Below the pieces are notes generated by a model. It made no database searches. It was not told where the DNA came from and saw only the letters and a list, made by a program, of their open reading frames with translations. DNA of 64,000 nt from Marsupella aquatica (Eukaryota > Plantae > Marchantiophyta), in contig OZ316894.1 of NCBI GenBank assembly GCA_973895155.1, forward strand, positions 24,922,709 through 24,986,708, written 5' to 3'. Made by a program: the position numbers and the translations under genes. Below, one piece after another: positions 47,505 to 61,225 of this stretch (position 1 is its first letter; each line of letters starts with the position of its first letter).

Positions 47505-50479
47505 AGAATGTGCCAAGAGAGCGGCCTCGTTTGAGAATGTGATCACAACTGCTTTTTTCCTTGGTAGATTTGCTCTAGTATGCTTTTCCATTGCAAGGAC
47601 ACAAGCAATGGCAACTGGTTTGAAATTGGCAAGGATTTCATATATATCAAAGACCACCTCCTCTTTACCTATCTCAATGATTTCTTTCAAAGTATTTGGT
47701 CGAAGGCTCTATAAAGCCCCATCAGAGTCTGCAATGGGTAAAGATGTACTCCTGCATTTTTTACAAACTTGCTCAATAAACTTATTATTCAGGGCCAGAC
47801 AACTCCTTGAGTTGATTACGAGTCTCTAGGCCTTTAAACTAGCAATACTTTTGCAGGCAATTTCTAGCCCATCGATCCACATCTAGGGGCTCGGGTTGCT
47901 CCCTCCCTCGGCAAGGGTTTGTTGGAATTGAGGCTCCTCAGGAAAAAATTCAAAGGAATTGCCTCCTAGGAGATTGACAACAAGTGGTGCGGTAGTATAG
48001 TCTGAGTGAGCAATCTCAAGATCAAGATCTTCATTATCTTGGTCAGCATTGAGGCTCTGAAGCATTCCAATCAAAGTGAAATCTCCACCAGTAGGTTCCA
48101 CAGTTTCAGTGGCAAAGACAAACATCCCGAACGAGAAAGTTGGAGTGTTACTTCTTACTCCATCTGGCGTTCCAATATATATGTACAAATAGTCGATCAG
48201 CGCCTCCAACATTAAAAGTCTATTAATTCAAAAAACCTCAATTGACTTGAGCACCTAGACCATCAAAAATATATAATCCAAAGTGCCTCAACGGGCTGTA
48301 TTGCATCTAACAACTCTAGCACCTCCATGAAAAGCAATTAAATCAGAAACACCTTGGTTGGCTTCAAAATAAACAAATTAAATAGACTCAGTCGGCTTCC
48401 ACAATAGCCTTGATTGACAATAGCCTTGATCGACAATAGCAAAACGGACACATTGACAAACACAGTTAGTCTGCATTTTCAACAAGGAAAGTGCGCAGAA
48501 AGAAAAATATGATAATATCCGGTCGGTTTTTATGTAAGTTCTACCTGATTTGCATACCAAAGTTAAAAAGCATCGAACCTGCTAAATTACGTTTACTCAT
48601 CTTCAAACAACGATCCAACAAATGAATATATCACATATTTAAAACAAGATCATCACTAAAAGGCTATCAATACAAGTTGGCAAAAAGCAAGAACCTAGCT
48701 ACAAGTCTATGCAGATTACAAGAAACCTGGTTGCAGCGTGACAACTAATAAAAAACTTGATCCTCAAAAGCAACTGACAACACCTTGATTCTCATAAAAG
48801 TTGACTGATGACAACAACTTGATTCTTAAAAGCAGCTGACGACACAATCCAAGAGCAACTCACGACGCCAAAGAAATACAAACAATGAAACAAAAGAGAG
48901 AGCGATGATTGGCAGCTGCTCCTGCCCGATGAGTAAACAGGGAGTAAAATTCACAGCCTGACAGAACGACTATAGATCCAACTGAAGAAAGTGGCAACTG
49001 CTTGTGCCCAATCACCAGATCCAGCCTGATAGCAAGTCCAAATAAGTGAGAAGTAGGAGCTTCCCGTTGGTCAAGTGCCCTAAATCCTATTTCGATTGGA
49101 CACATGCAGTTGGGTGGGATGTGAAGGACGTTAAATCTAAGCTATCCATTTTAAACCAACCGCCAAGATCACACATTGGGAGGGCGATCAAGTTCCTGCT
49201 GTCACTTGGACACGCGCCTGTAAATCTTTGTCGTCGGATCATATACTTTAACGATATGGATCTTGTTAGGAGGCTGTGCATATGTACTATAATCATAGCC
49301 CTTTTGTCCAGTATGGTTGGCCATCCAATCTTGGTAACAAGATGTTGTCGATCCAATCCAATCCAATCCAATCCAATCCAATCTTTAATGTATGTTTAGG
49401 GCCGCTCTCTGTCCCTTCATGAGGTATTGGGCTTCCGTATGTCTCCCCGCATACATCATGGATCAACATACTGTCACCCTAATACCCCATTACAGGGCAC
49501 GACGAGACCATAAACATACACGTTAAGGTCATTGGGTGGTTTTAAAGTTTGTTGGGCCATTCACACTTTGCCATGTTAGCACTTTTTGGGTTTCCTTTTT
49601 GGGAGGATTCATACATTATAAAATAATAAGATATAATACTCCCAAAAAGTGAAAATGAACTCCCATAGAAAATGAAAACTCCCGCAGTGGAGAGACTTGA
49701 AACTTTATTGATAACAAGAAAAAAGTGCATCAATAAGGGTAGTCTGACAAAACCCATGTTCAAGCTATAATATCTAATGTTTCTCACATCTATGTCTAAT
49801 ACGCCTTGTAAGTACTGTGCATAAGTGCCATGCTAGCCAACTACAACATTCAAGATGGTATAAGCCTATGTCTACATGTAACTACAACATTAGTTCCCCA
49901 ACTTCCTGATAGAAATCAAAATAGTGCAGTTGTTGATGGACTGCACTTTAGTGAAGAGTACCTACAGTGGATTCACAACAACGGAGCTAGGCTGCAAGCT
50001 CTCAAAATGCTCATCCTAGTTGTAGTCATGAACCCAACTGTCATTCCTCCAGTCGACCTTACCATTTGCATTTCAAATCACAAGATAATTCACTCTCAGT
50101 CATGGGAGTCAACTCAATCACCATAGCACCATCTCATTTAGAGGAGTTGTCGTCTCAGTTGTGGTAGGGGTCTGGATCATTGTAGGAATCTCTGCTGGAC
50201 CAGCTGCTGGAGCCATGTCTGCACGAGGCAGAGCCATATCTGCACCAGGCGGCAAAATTATACAAATTAGTATGGCTACAGATATTTAACAAAAAATATC
50301 AAAAGGCTGCAAGCTACAGATCAACATTACATAGATTGTACAAGATTCCCTTCATCTCCCTTCTTGCGTTTGTTAGGCAGGACATCATCATCATCTCCAT
50401 TGACCACCTTTTGCTTGAAGCGTTTGTCGCCTCATGAAAATTTGCTTCAAAACTGGATGAGCCACGCACATGTTTGGGC

Positions 50480-50975
50480 CGCTATAACCTTTGACTCTGT
50501 GCTGCAATCTCATCGGGCATAGGCACCTTGGCTCTTATGGCCTGTAATAATCATCCAAACTTTTGCAAGAACGCCTTCAATCACCATACAAGTAACACAT
50601 GTGGTCCTGCCAGATTTGTTAGTGACACTATCTAAAAGCAAACCACACTCCCTATGAATTTCCTTGAGAATGCCACTCAACTTCTTCACAGACATGTGCT
50701 GAGTTGAGTACCATGCATGAGTGCGTGGACTATCAATGCATCGGTAAAATAGAAATATGCCAGCAACAGGCAAATGAGAAATCAAACTCTCGACCGTCTC
50801 AACCATGGAAGTATCGTGACTAGTTATAGCAGTACAAAAATGCTCATCCTGATACCGACCAAGACCAACTTTGTAGTTCTTGGATAGATGTTCATCATAT
50901 CTTACAAACCGTCCATTCTCATTGCAGCCGATTTTGAAGTCTATCTTTGCCAACCAATGCAACTCATCAACAATC
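50480..50975 (-). pseudogene. Crypton-like (DUF3504-type) tyrosine recombinase, copy 2 (catalytic-domain fragment)
   Basis: ELHWLAKIDFKIGCNENGRFVRYDEHLSKNY...FLFYRCIDSPRTHAWYSTQHMSVKKLSGILKEIHRECGL..DSVTNKSGRTTCVTCMVIEGVLAKVWMIITGHKSQGAYAR* is colinear with copy 1. The RG motif is missing upstream, and a stop lies where copy 1 has its final Tyr. Confidence 0.8.
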
Positions 50976-51678
50976 AAAGGCAAAAGCAATGCGAGTATCA
51001 AAATCAATCGACCAATAGTGAGTCACTGACAACACGAAGGATCTACACAATAACTCGAGAGTGCACCACAAATCTACGAATCTACAAAACGTCAGCGGCA
51101 TAATGACAAATACCTGAATAGTGAGCGCCATACAGCTGGCGGCCTCTGGTCGACATTTGATCTAAGCCATTCGATCGGCCCGCCCTAGGGCCTTCAATCT
51201 GAGCTGTCCATCAGTTTTCACAACCCTGACACAACACGACGCTCGGAAGGCCGTCCGTTCCTTCCCGATGTAATCTCCGCCATTCCTTTTGATCATTAAC
51301 ATTGATTAGGGGCTAGACTCTCCCCATAATGCATATGCATATAGGGTAATGACAGTTTGGTCTGGGGTTACTAGTTTATAACCCTGTGACCAGAAAGTGA
51401 GAAAATGCTGATTGGCAGCAGCCGGAAAATGTTTTTGAGGAACAGGTTTGAGAGTAGAACCCCAGCCAAATAATCATTATCATACCTAATACGGGGAAAA
51501 GATTACTCGTCAACATTTTATGGACAGTTATGGAAATAGTGGCACCTAGTAAAACAGATTACACATGGGTAACCTGAATTATGTCGGGACCATAGGGCCT
51601 CCACATGAGCTCGACCCTATATCCCGTTATGGGACGGGAAGAGCCCTTAATCCTATACATATTTTCGAGCATTTCGCG

Positions 51679-52675
51679 ATGGCAGCTATGGTCGCTTCGC
51701 TGGCCTCGGCGATGAGCAATGTCACCTTCGGAGGTTCCCCTTCCACTTCATGCGCTGGGCTAGCCCGCCCTCGCTCAACCGGCGTCGCAATCTCTTGGCC
51801 TTCTTCGTCCACTCGCAAGGTATTGACCTCGACCGAGCTCCGGCTGTTCGCGCTTGTTTTCTTGCTGGTGTACGAGCTGTCGCGGCAGGTTTTCATGTTG
51901 ATTGGCTAGTTGAAATCGAGGGATGAATTTTTCCCATTGTTGTACACTTGCGTGAGTTCTGTTTTCGTTTTCCGTTCTTCAGAGTTGGCCGATTACGGTT
52001 GGATGAACGTTTTGAAGTGTGAGAGAGGAATTTGCGAGTTTGGTTAACTTTGGCCCCGCCTTCCGGCGTTCTGCTCATCAATTGTCGCTGTGGTTTTGTT
52101 AGAGTGTTGGCTTGAATATTAGAGGTGCTCGTGTTGGGGGAGTGGAGGTTCCGAATTCGAAGAGGATAGAGATTTCTCTGCAGTACATTCATGGAGTGGG
52201 CAAGACGACTGCCCGCCAGATTCTGCTGGACGTGGAGCTGGAGAACAAGATGACCAAGGAGCTGACTGAAGAAGAACTGACCATGCTCCGTGATGAGGTC
52301 ACCAAATACATGATCGAGGGAGATTTGGTAAGAATTCTACCCTAAAGCCTGAGATACCTTGATTGTAGCGATTGATCAGGGTTGCCATGATCTCTGTAGA
52401 CCCAGAATAATGAACAAAGGAACTATGGTGAGGAAACTAGTGGAGTAACCTAAGAATCTCTCTATGGGCTCCTAAGCTCAGACTTTATTGATATGTTGTG
52501 GCAGCGGCGGTTCAATGCTCTTGCCATCAAGCGTTTGAGGGATATCCAGTGCTACAGAGGGAGAAGGCACATCATGGGTCTTCCGTGCAGAGGGCAGCAC
52601 ACGAAGTGTAATGCTCGCACCCGTAAAGGCAAGAAGGTAACAGTTGCCGGAAAGAAGAGTGCCCCTCGGAAGTAA
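51679..52675 (+). CDS. rps13: Nuclear-encoded plastid 30S ribosomal protein S13; exons 51679-51819, 52103-52327, 52505-52675
   Basis: Ser/Ala-rich transit peptide, then [29 protein letters not shown]...[54 protein letters not shown] introns. Confidence 0.96.
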
Positions 52676-53707
52676 GCCATAGGACATGATCTTCTAGCGT
52701 CCATGCCAAGACAGTTGTAGTCTCGGTTTACTCAAATGGATATGATACTTGAGGGACAATGCTTAAGCATATTTAATGTAACATTTTGTTGAGCAGTCTG
52801 CTGAACCACACATTTATGTCCGGTTAGTGAGCGTCGAGAATGTTGTTTCAATGGTAGTGAAAATAAACTTCCTCTGAGATTCAAAGACTTCCGGTTCCTT
52901 CATTTTTCACTTGCTGGGTCAGAACCGGCCCGTCTTTTCAAGTTGTCAACCTTTCTGCCCTTCCCCATGTTTTCAAGTTCTCCTTCCCCTCGTTCTTTTT
53001 CCCACCTGGAACCGGTCCATATGTACTTTAAACTACATGGCTCTGGAACTCTAATCATCCACCCTAATTGCAGCATACTGTGTACTCTTTCTGTCACTTC
53101 TGATCTTCGTAAATTCGAGGAAGTTTGCTTGACATTCTTAGCATGTGTATGAGATACATAATTCCTCTATGTCTGGAATGATTGCAAGTCAAATTCAGAA
53201 GGTCAGGTGTGTGCAATTACGGCAGCAAATAAGTTGCAGGAAAATCGGCATGAGTTTCTCATTTGTGGCAAGTTGATGGTCCTAACATTATTAACGAAAC
53301 GATGCGACGAGTACTGCAGTCATCTGATTAACGATTAAACATCGGTGCCGATAAACCGATTTGAATTGCCAGTAAACATCTCCTCTTCAGAATGTACAAT
53401 GATGTGCATCTACCCAGGTCACTCCTCAATAGAACACGCCAACTACAGCAAGATAATAATCATGCATTCTGCACTCGGCCATTTTGTATTCATATAGATC
53501 ACTTCATACTTGATAGAAGACAAGAAGAGACAGTGTTCTGCAGTGTTTCCGTTTCTGTCCGGCATCTTTTGCAATTGCAAGCTGGACCTTTGCTCTCGTC
53601 TTTGTGGTAATAATCCCTGTGGAGTTTGCAGTGCACTCAGATGCGCTACTGTAGTTGATAGTGCTTGGATTGTAAAGGGACTCTCGGGATCACTCCCAAG
53701 TGCACTG

Positions 53708-53868
53708 AAGACTGTGTTCAGGTCTTTACTTGACTCACTGGAAAGTCAACACTTCTTGTCACAATGATGTAAAACTGTTCCAGTCACAAAGACTGTTCAG
53801 TTCTTTACTTGACTCACTGGAATGTCATCACTTCTTGTCACAATGATGTAAAACTGTTCTAGTCACAT
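53708..53868. repeat. ~82-bp tandem duplication
   Basis: AAGACTGT...TTCAG.TCTTTACTTGACTCACTGGAA.GTCA.CACTTCTTGTCACAATGATGTAAAACTGTTC.AGTCACA occurs twice. Confidence 0.85.
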
Positions 53869-55266
53869 TTAGAGAAAGACCATCTCCAATATTAAGAATT
53901 TCCTGACGTGAGAAGCCGTGGCCAGGAATCCTGTGGCAATCGGGAGTGTCCAATTAATGGTTAAATATGAGATGATATTAATGAGTCTCCAACTATGCTC
54001 ATCATGTTCAAGCAGCTTTTTGTAAGTATGCATATATATGAGTAAATTCAACAAAACAAATACCAATGTGTGTATTGGATTTCATGCTACATTTATCCAA
54101 ACCTAACAACGCTTTCAATTGTGTTTGGGAGTTAAAATTGTGGTTATTGGGTTTCATAGTATACTTATCTAATGCCAATGAGCCTGAATGCCCTTTCTTT
54201 GAATTATAATAGAAATGATAACAAAAATCATTATGCTTATCATCATTTTGACATAATATTCTAGTTTTTTTATCATTCACATAAATTTTGGTGAGCCCTA
54301 GAGTCACCATCTAGACACCCTAGACCCCAACTCTAGCTTCTTATAGCCATTAGTTATATAGATTGGTGCCAAAGAAAAGCTAAATGTTATGTAGAGATAA
54401 AGCTACTGATGAGAAAACAATTAAAGTTAAAATTTTGCCATTTGATTCTTTTGAGGAGGTTGCTTTTGCTTTGACAAGGAGGTAACGGATCTGGAGGATA
54501 ATTAAGGATTGAAGTTCAACACCTCATTACTCTAATGCAAGAGTTTTATAATGTGTACTTTGCATCATCAAAAATATGCTTATTTTCTTTCTTCAAGTAT
54601 AGATTAAATGTTTCTTTTGCCTGATACTCTTCTTGCAAATATTCAAGTGTCATTTAACTTGCGCCTTGCTATGCTGGTATTAATGAAGCCCAGGAACATG
54701 CTTACTAGCATCTTGAAAACCTATGTTCTCAAGATATGAGTGTTTCGATTTCTCGTCAAGATAGCAACGGCAATTGAGTGCAGTTGCTTTGAGCTTTGGA
54801 AGTCTATAATTGAGTTACGTTTCGAATTTGGACACTGTGATTGTGACGATCCGTTTTATCTAGCAGTCTAAGCATTTAAAGTATTGAGACACACATCATG
54901 TCCTTTTGGATAACCGAGGACTTCAAGTGCAATCATTGTACAGTTCTTTTGAGATTCAATTACACAACAAAGGTTTACTACAGTAGTTCTGACTGAGATT
55001 ATACGAAATTTGCATTATGCCATATTTTTAGCATATCGATCGCTTTGCACAGTGTAGATAAATACAGTACTAGATTCTCTACTCTCGTGGTTTAGCTAAA
55101 CCTTGGTGCCTTTTCGAAACTTTAGTACTATACGTTTCCCGCCAACACCATGGATAATCAGGACATGGGAATTTCGATCGGGGAACCTCGAAACCAAGCC
55201 AAACAGTAGAGAGAGAGAGATATTGGCTGGAAGAAGCTTATCTTCTGAGCAGACTCAAAGGGAAGA

Positions 55267-58112
55267 ATGAAATTCAAGGCCACCCTCACAGATTATGGAG
55301 TGGCTCTTCTGGAGCGCCGTAAGAATTTCTCCAGCCGACTCCTTGTTTTTCTCTGCACTAATTTTCCTCTCTGCTGTGAGTTTAATGCGCTTACAAATTC
55401 TCGAGCGAGCCTTGCTTTTAAACAATGGACGAGAAGAGCTGGCTCGAGACGGATTTGTAGCATCTGTTGTTGCGTGCGCAGGTTTTGTGCCAGCGTTTGA
55501 GAAAATTGGGAAGACCTGTCACCTTTATTTGACACCTCGCCACTTCATACTCCTGCACAACGTGCTGAATGTCAATGGCGTCCAGGCTATTGCCCAGTTC
55601 ACCAAGGTTAGCTGCTGTACCCTAAATCCCCAAAACTTGACTGGACTGTGGAATGTGGACCATGGACGTTGATTATTCTGAGAAATTCAGCTTCTCAACA
55701 AATGTACATGTACACTGGTACATTAACGGTACCTGTCGTAGGCGGATTGTCAAGTCCTTGACAGGGTCTTCAGATATACTTTCCTGACGGGTGGCGAAAA
55801 ATTCGAACCGGGTTGGTCCACTTTTCGGTCCAAGTTAAGTCTTGTAGGAGTTCAGATGTGTAACAAGTAACTAATCAATGCCTGCTTGTTGTTGAGTTCT
55901 CACTTTCCATCTGAAGATCTTGGTACCTTTCATGGGCCCTTCCCGACTAGTGGAAAGAAGCACCTGATGTAAGCTCTCAATCGAATCCTGACAATTTGCT
56001 CGTGAGTTTTTTGCGCAGGAAACGATATTTGACGAGTACATGATCTCCAGTCAGAATGATAACTGTATTGCCATCACTGTGGATTTGGGTTTGCTCTCTC
56101 GAGCGCTGAAAAGCAGTGTGAATATGGATGGTGACCAGCTGATAGTGAAACTTGTCAAGAAGGGGTCGTCAATTTCGCATCATAGATTGCCTTACTTGAC
56201 CTTTGAAAGCAAGGTGCGGCAAAGCTTCTAAAATTCCAACTGGATGTCTTCTTTGCTCAGCTTACTATCATACTAAGTTACTGATGTTGGAGTTTCCAAA
56301 CCTAAGTGAATTGTAAGCCATAGTTCCATGGCAAAACCCCTTATTCGTCTGGCCATCAAGTCATTTACGAAACACCTTTTGAAAATTGGGAACCACTGGG
56401 AGGCGTTTGTCGAGGGAAAGCTTTAGGTATTTGAATGCAATACTTACATGCACTCGAAATTCTATTCTTCAAAACATCAGTCTCCAATGAAAACCAGCTT
56501 TTTCGGGAAGCCGAGTAAATTAGTTCATGGTTCGATTCATCATTCATTTATGGTTTGAAAGGGGAGATTATCCATGGAATTTTGCACAGGGCAACTCGAT
56601 CTGCCTTATAAGCAAGTGAAACTATCTTGACACCTGATATCCTTGAACTTGAGAGAAACTGGCTCTAGAAACCCTGTCCAATATATGCTGGAGAAGAACT
56701 GGACCGCAGAGAGGATCTGACCCCACAAACGCCTGAGCTATAAAAGGTGGAGACGATCTGAAGCTGGAATTGCCGCAGATTCATTGTCGAAGACTTGACT
56801 GCATGAAATCCAGCTTGTGACCATTTTCTGATATAACGCGTAAACTTATAATCTCTGTATTTCTGACAAGCATTTTTCAAATTGTGCTCTGTAGTAGGGC
56901 TTCAGGTCTGCGATTGTGCAGGATGTGCCAATTTCAGAGCCATTGAGCCGAGCAGATGTAGCAGATATCCAGGCTGCTCTGGACCTAGCTCAGACTTTAC
57001 CGCAGGTAAGAGTTTAGTTTTCCCACCGACGATGAGTACACTTTTATCAGTATCCAGCAGCAGTCTCCATGAAAGAATGATGCTAATCCCATTGTTCTTT
57101 TATCAGATTTCTTTTTAATACCAATTTTATTTTGTCCTTAATGTACTTTCTGAGCAGACTTTGGTCCAAGTCCCAGACATCGTCAAGCTACAAGCTTTGG
57201 TGGACCGCCTTAAGAATGTGGGAGAACAACTAGATGTTGGAGTGACTCAGTGTGGAGATCTACATCTTAACGTATCAACAACGTCAGTCAAAATTGGCTC
57301 CGAGTTTAGAAGGCTGAGAGTCGTTGGAGTTCGTGGTAAATTTTTTATACCTGCATCAGTGACATTTAGGCAATACTTGTGCCTTTGGAACCAAACCAGT
57401 TATTGACATTTCAGTAATGCCAATGGGTTGATTATTGCAGCCGATGAGCCAGCGGTAGACCCAGACGCAAATTCCTCAACTCGCCTAGAACAGGCTATAC
57501 AGAGATCAGAAGCTTCAAGGGTTGTAAGTGACAGAAACATCTGAATGCCACGCTGCGGTTTGTCGTGCTTTCAGAGGATTGAGTACTGCATGTGGGTGAT
57601 TGATGAGGCTCCGCTGGTCCCTCCCTAGAAGGAATGCGGGAGGACATTAGCAGTGCTTCGTAACATTGAGTTCGAATTCTTAGCCAACACCATTATCTGC
57701 CTGACCTGATTCGATTGTCCTACGGTCTTTGATTTACAGAGAGTCAATGTCAAGCACTTTGCCAAGAGCCTACAATGCAACCTCACCAAGCCTGACGCAT
57801 CCTTCTGTGGTAAGTTCCTCAATTAAAATTCCCGCTCCGTTCCTTAGAAGCAAATTATTTACCCGGTAGCAGTAGCCTGTACCTTGCCCGTTTTCAATTT
57901 TAGTCTAGATCTTTGCACATTGTCCTCCTGATCAGAAGAAACATTCATGGTTTTAAGCATTCATGCTTTCACGTGTGGTTCCGTGTGCAGGAATTTCTCC
58001 AAATAATGGTTGCTTGCTCATGATGTTCCAATACTTTATTCCGGGAACAAGACAAACTGATAATTCCCTCAGCCTTCACTACAGATTGCCAGTGATTATA
58101 GACGAGAACTAG
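55267..58112 (+). CDS. HUS1: 9-1-1 checkpoint clamp subunit HUS1; exons 55267-55318, 55482-55606, 56019-56213, 56898-57005, 57158-57335, 57441-57523, 57740-57809, 57991-58112
   Basis: MKFKATLTDYGVALLERRFVPAFEKIGKTCHL...GVQAIAQFTK/ETIFDEYMISSQND...LVKK...LPYLTFESK/GFRSAIVQDVPIS...VKHFAKSLQC...CLLMMFQYFIPG...SLHYRLPV matches plant HUS1. All introns GT-AG with consistent phases. Confidence 0.94.
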
Positions 58113-60847
58113 TGTCAGTATATTTTCGAAAGAGCCTTGTTTTGTTCAAACTTGTTACTTGTTACTTCAAGAGATGATATTCTTAGCCTCGTACAATATT
58201 GTAAAATGCATAGGAATTGTTGAACGCTGTTAGATATGGATCATCAGAAATTTGTCAAGAAAGCAAACGCCCTTGTGATCCTCATTGTTCTTCATATTGA
58301 GGACTCCCTTGAGCTCAACTGAAGAAGAGACGAACTCCTTCGGATCTTGTTTGGTAGCCCAATCTACTTAATTAGTGTACCCTCAAAGTCTTGATTGTTT
58401 CGAACCATATCTTAAAGGTGTTTTCCAGTCAGGGGCAATCGTTCTTACATGACTTCTGCATATGGCAAGGGCAATTTGCTCAATTGCATTGTGGCACATA
58501 TTGAAGCTCGAATGCACTAACCGTGAAACTGACAATTAATTGTGAAGGTAGACATTATGAATATCTTGATGGCAGAAGAAGACTCTTACTTGGACACCCG
58601 AATTTGGTGTAATAGTTCAGCTCCAGCCAATTTGTTCACATAGCTACGTGCCTGTAGCCCTTCAGGTTTGGGTCAAGCACTACGTGTCTATTGGTGTCGT
58701 CCAGACCCACAAAGTTCAGCGTGGGCCATAGGGAATTATAGTTGAATGGAATGCCAGAATAGCGAAGTCGTAAGGTAAGCCCGGCGTGCTTACGAACGGT
58801 TAAATTCTTGTTGTAGACTCTTCTCACCAGACAACGGGCATAATATTTTATTTACCACCCTACAATTGGCACTCTCTACGAGGCCGAGAGGGCGATAATT
58901 CCTGAACTCACAGTCGCCCCCCGGGTTGGGTGAATGGGAAAACTTGTGGTTTAAAGATTACTGGGAAGCCCAATGTTGCAAGGCCCATCAGCCAACCAAG
59001 ATCCTTTCATTCCCTTGGCCTGGGCCTCAACATGGGCCCCACCCTTGCCACTTTTCCCACAGCTGGTAGAGTAGAGTAACTCTGGTCATTTGGAATGATC
59101 CAACCTGTCAATATCCTATCCATTTTCAGCATTGGACAATCCAACCTCAACGCCCTTGCTCATCCTCGACCAAGGGAGACAGGAGAGTGGGGCAGTAACC
59201 AGAACGGGACTAGAGCAAAGTAAGAGACTCAACCCAATGCTCAGGGCCTTGGAAAGGGTGCTGCAATTAGGACAGATGACAGGCATGACCACAGGATGAC
59301 GACCAACAGATTTTTTAAGTTAACTATGGTTATTTGCTTAATCAGCCAGGGAAAACAATGACAAACTAGTCATTAAACTAAAAAGAGTTGCAAAGTATAT
59401 ATTCAAAGAAGAGTGTCAATGTAGTGAATCTCTCTCTTGATTAATCCCAAATAACAAACTCTCTCACCACCTGGCGTTCCTGCTCATGAAAGCGGATTGG
59501 GTCCTCTGCTGCAGCACCGTCCACCATCATACATAATCCTGGGTCCAGGACAAGCAGGATGACGAGACAGACAAACAGCCATCATGGTTGGAGGACCTCT
59601 TCTTCCTTTGTTTATCCACATTTGAGATTGCAACCACATCCTGCATGCAGATGTATACTGTTATCCTGACTTGATTATTACTTGATTTGCACACAAATTT
59701 ACCAGAAAGTGATTGAGGTTATTGGTTAAGTGTCGAGTGCATGGGCTTTATTTGTAGAACTACTGAAAAGTTTGCTATGTATCTAGTAGGCCAATCTTTA
59801 AATGTAGCTCTCAAAGAATGAAATAAAAGTTAAGAATCCGGCGGGAATTTGATAAGGAACAAAGGCGCTACATCACCATCAATTCATAATGCGCAATCAA
59901 CCTCCACTACAGCAACTGATGCAGTGTTGTGGACGTCCTCCTTCTCGTTCTTCTTGTTTTCTTCTTGCTCGACATCCGTTTTTGCATCTGCTTCCCTCAA
60001 TCTGTTCAGTCCTCCCTTCGTTCAAGCTCATTTGCGGACACATTTTCTTTCAAGCTTGTACGTGCCCTCTTGTTAATGCCCGGCCATTGCGCAATACAAT
60101 GAAGCTCCGGCCATTTCGTATTACCTCAGCAGCATGATCGAGATCAAGCAAACGATCACACGCACTTAAAAACATCAAAGTAGAGCATTACCTGCAAATC
60201 AATAGGAAGCTAAGAGCTAAGAGCTTTTCGGACATAAGAAGAGGAAAAAGAAACGCGTTCTAACTTTTCAACAAGCGTTGCGTCTCCGTTGTTTTCACTT
60301 CCAGTTTAAAATTGCAACAAATTGCGTCTCCACTTTGATCGCTGGAAGAGGGAGCTAGTAGCGGCTGCTCCTCTGCATATTACGGTCCTCAGTACCATGC
60401 CATCACACAGCTGCGTGGACGGTCTCAAAACGCGGGCCCTCCATTGTAATTCTCGTTCCCAAATGCCAGGTATCGAAGAAAACAAATTGCAAAGGGAAGC
60501 AAAATTAGGATTCGTTCCGGAAATAACATTACCGCAGTGAAATGAAATGCTCTTCCTGTAGTGCGAGCGCCGAAGTGGCAGCAAGAAGAAAGAGACGAGA
60601 ACGATCAGGGTCCAAACTCCACATCAACCAACCAGCAAACCAGAAGTCCTCACAACAGAACGTGCACACCTTTCCCTGCTCGGAGTCAAGCCTGTCCAAA
60701 AAGATCGACAGATGATCAGTAGAGTTTCCCAAAAGACTAAAAAGTGTGGGAATGAAGGAGCAGACTTGCACAACCGACTGCACACATTTTTACACGTCTT
60801 CAAATCCTATTGTCCAACGAGGGCATCTGGGTTACAGTATGTACAGG

Positions 60848-60990
60848 GGGTCCCAAGGTTAGGGACATACAAAATTATGTACTACCAAATTGTATAGTAC
60901 TAGCCCAGACTACACCTTCTTTGGGTCCCAAACTTAGGGACATATAAATTATGGACTACCAAATTGTATAGTACTAACCCAGACTACCCG
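60848..60990. repeat. ~75-bp tandem duplication
   Basis: GGGTCCCAA..TTAGGGACATA.AAATTATG.ACTACCAAATTGTATAGTACTA.CCCAGACTAC occurs twice. Confidence 0.85.
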
Positions 60991-61225
60991 TTAGTAGAGG
61001 AAAGCACAATAAAATATAACAATATATATATAATATATATATGTATATATATTTTTTGAAATTACATTAATGAAATAAAGATTAAATATTTATTCATGTA
61101 TATACATATATTTTTTATTTTTCTTTACATGCACATATAGTTTGGCGGGGCCCTAGAGTCACTGTCTAGAGTCTTCAAAGCCTATACCCTGATTCTAGCT
61201 TCCCCTTTACAAGTAAAATGTGTCA

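Larger units (their letters stand above)
40090..47800 (-). pseudogene. Crypton-like (DUF3504-type) tyrosine recombinase, copy 1, split by Copia and MITE insertions
   Basis: After removing the insertions it reads ...NEAALLAHSCTVKSHSRGLQQRAVFYLLNQYCIRGGKELYGLMKSDF...VRYNEQLSKNY...ASATFLFYQCIKNPRTYA*Y...LGEKTLGGCLRVMHQEVGL...SNKSGRTTCISLISAEGVPPKAGMKISGHKS*DAYERYD. Candidate catalytic R, K, KxxR, H and Y are in YR order. Confidence 0.8.

Noticed and set aside
47883-48212. 109-aa acidic ORF upstream of recombinase copy 1
   Set aside because: May be the element's N-terminal region, but stops separate it from the recognisable domain and it has no motif, so it is not called separately.
59460-60600. 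Possible spliced minus-strand gene downstream of HUS1
   Set aside because: Splice-like sites and coding-like composition, but in-frame stops and no recognisable domain.
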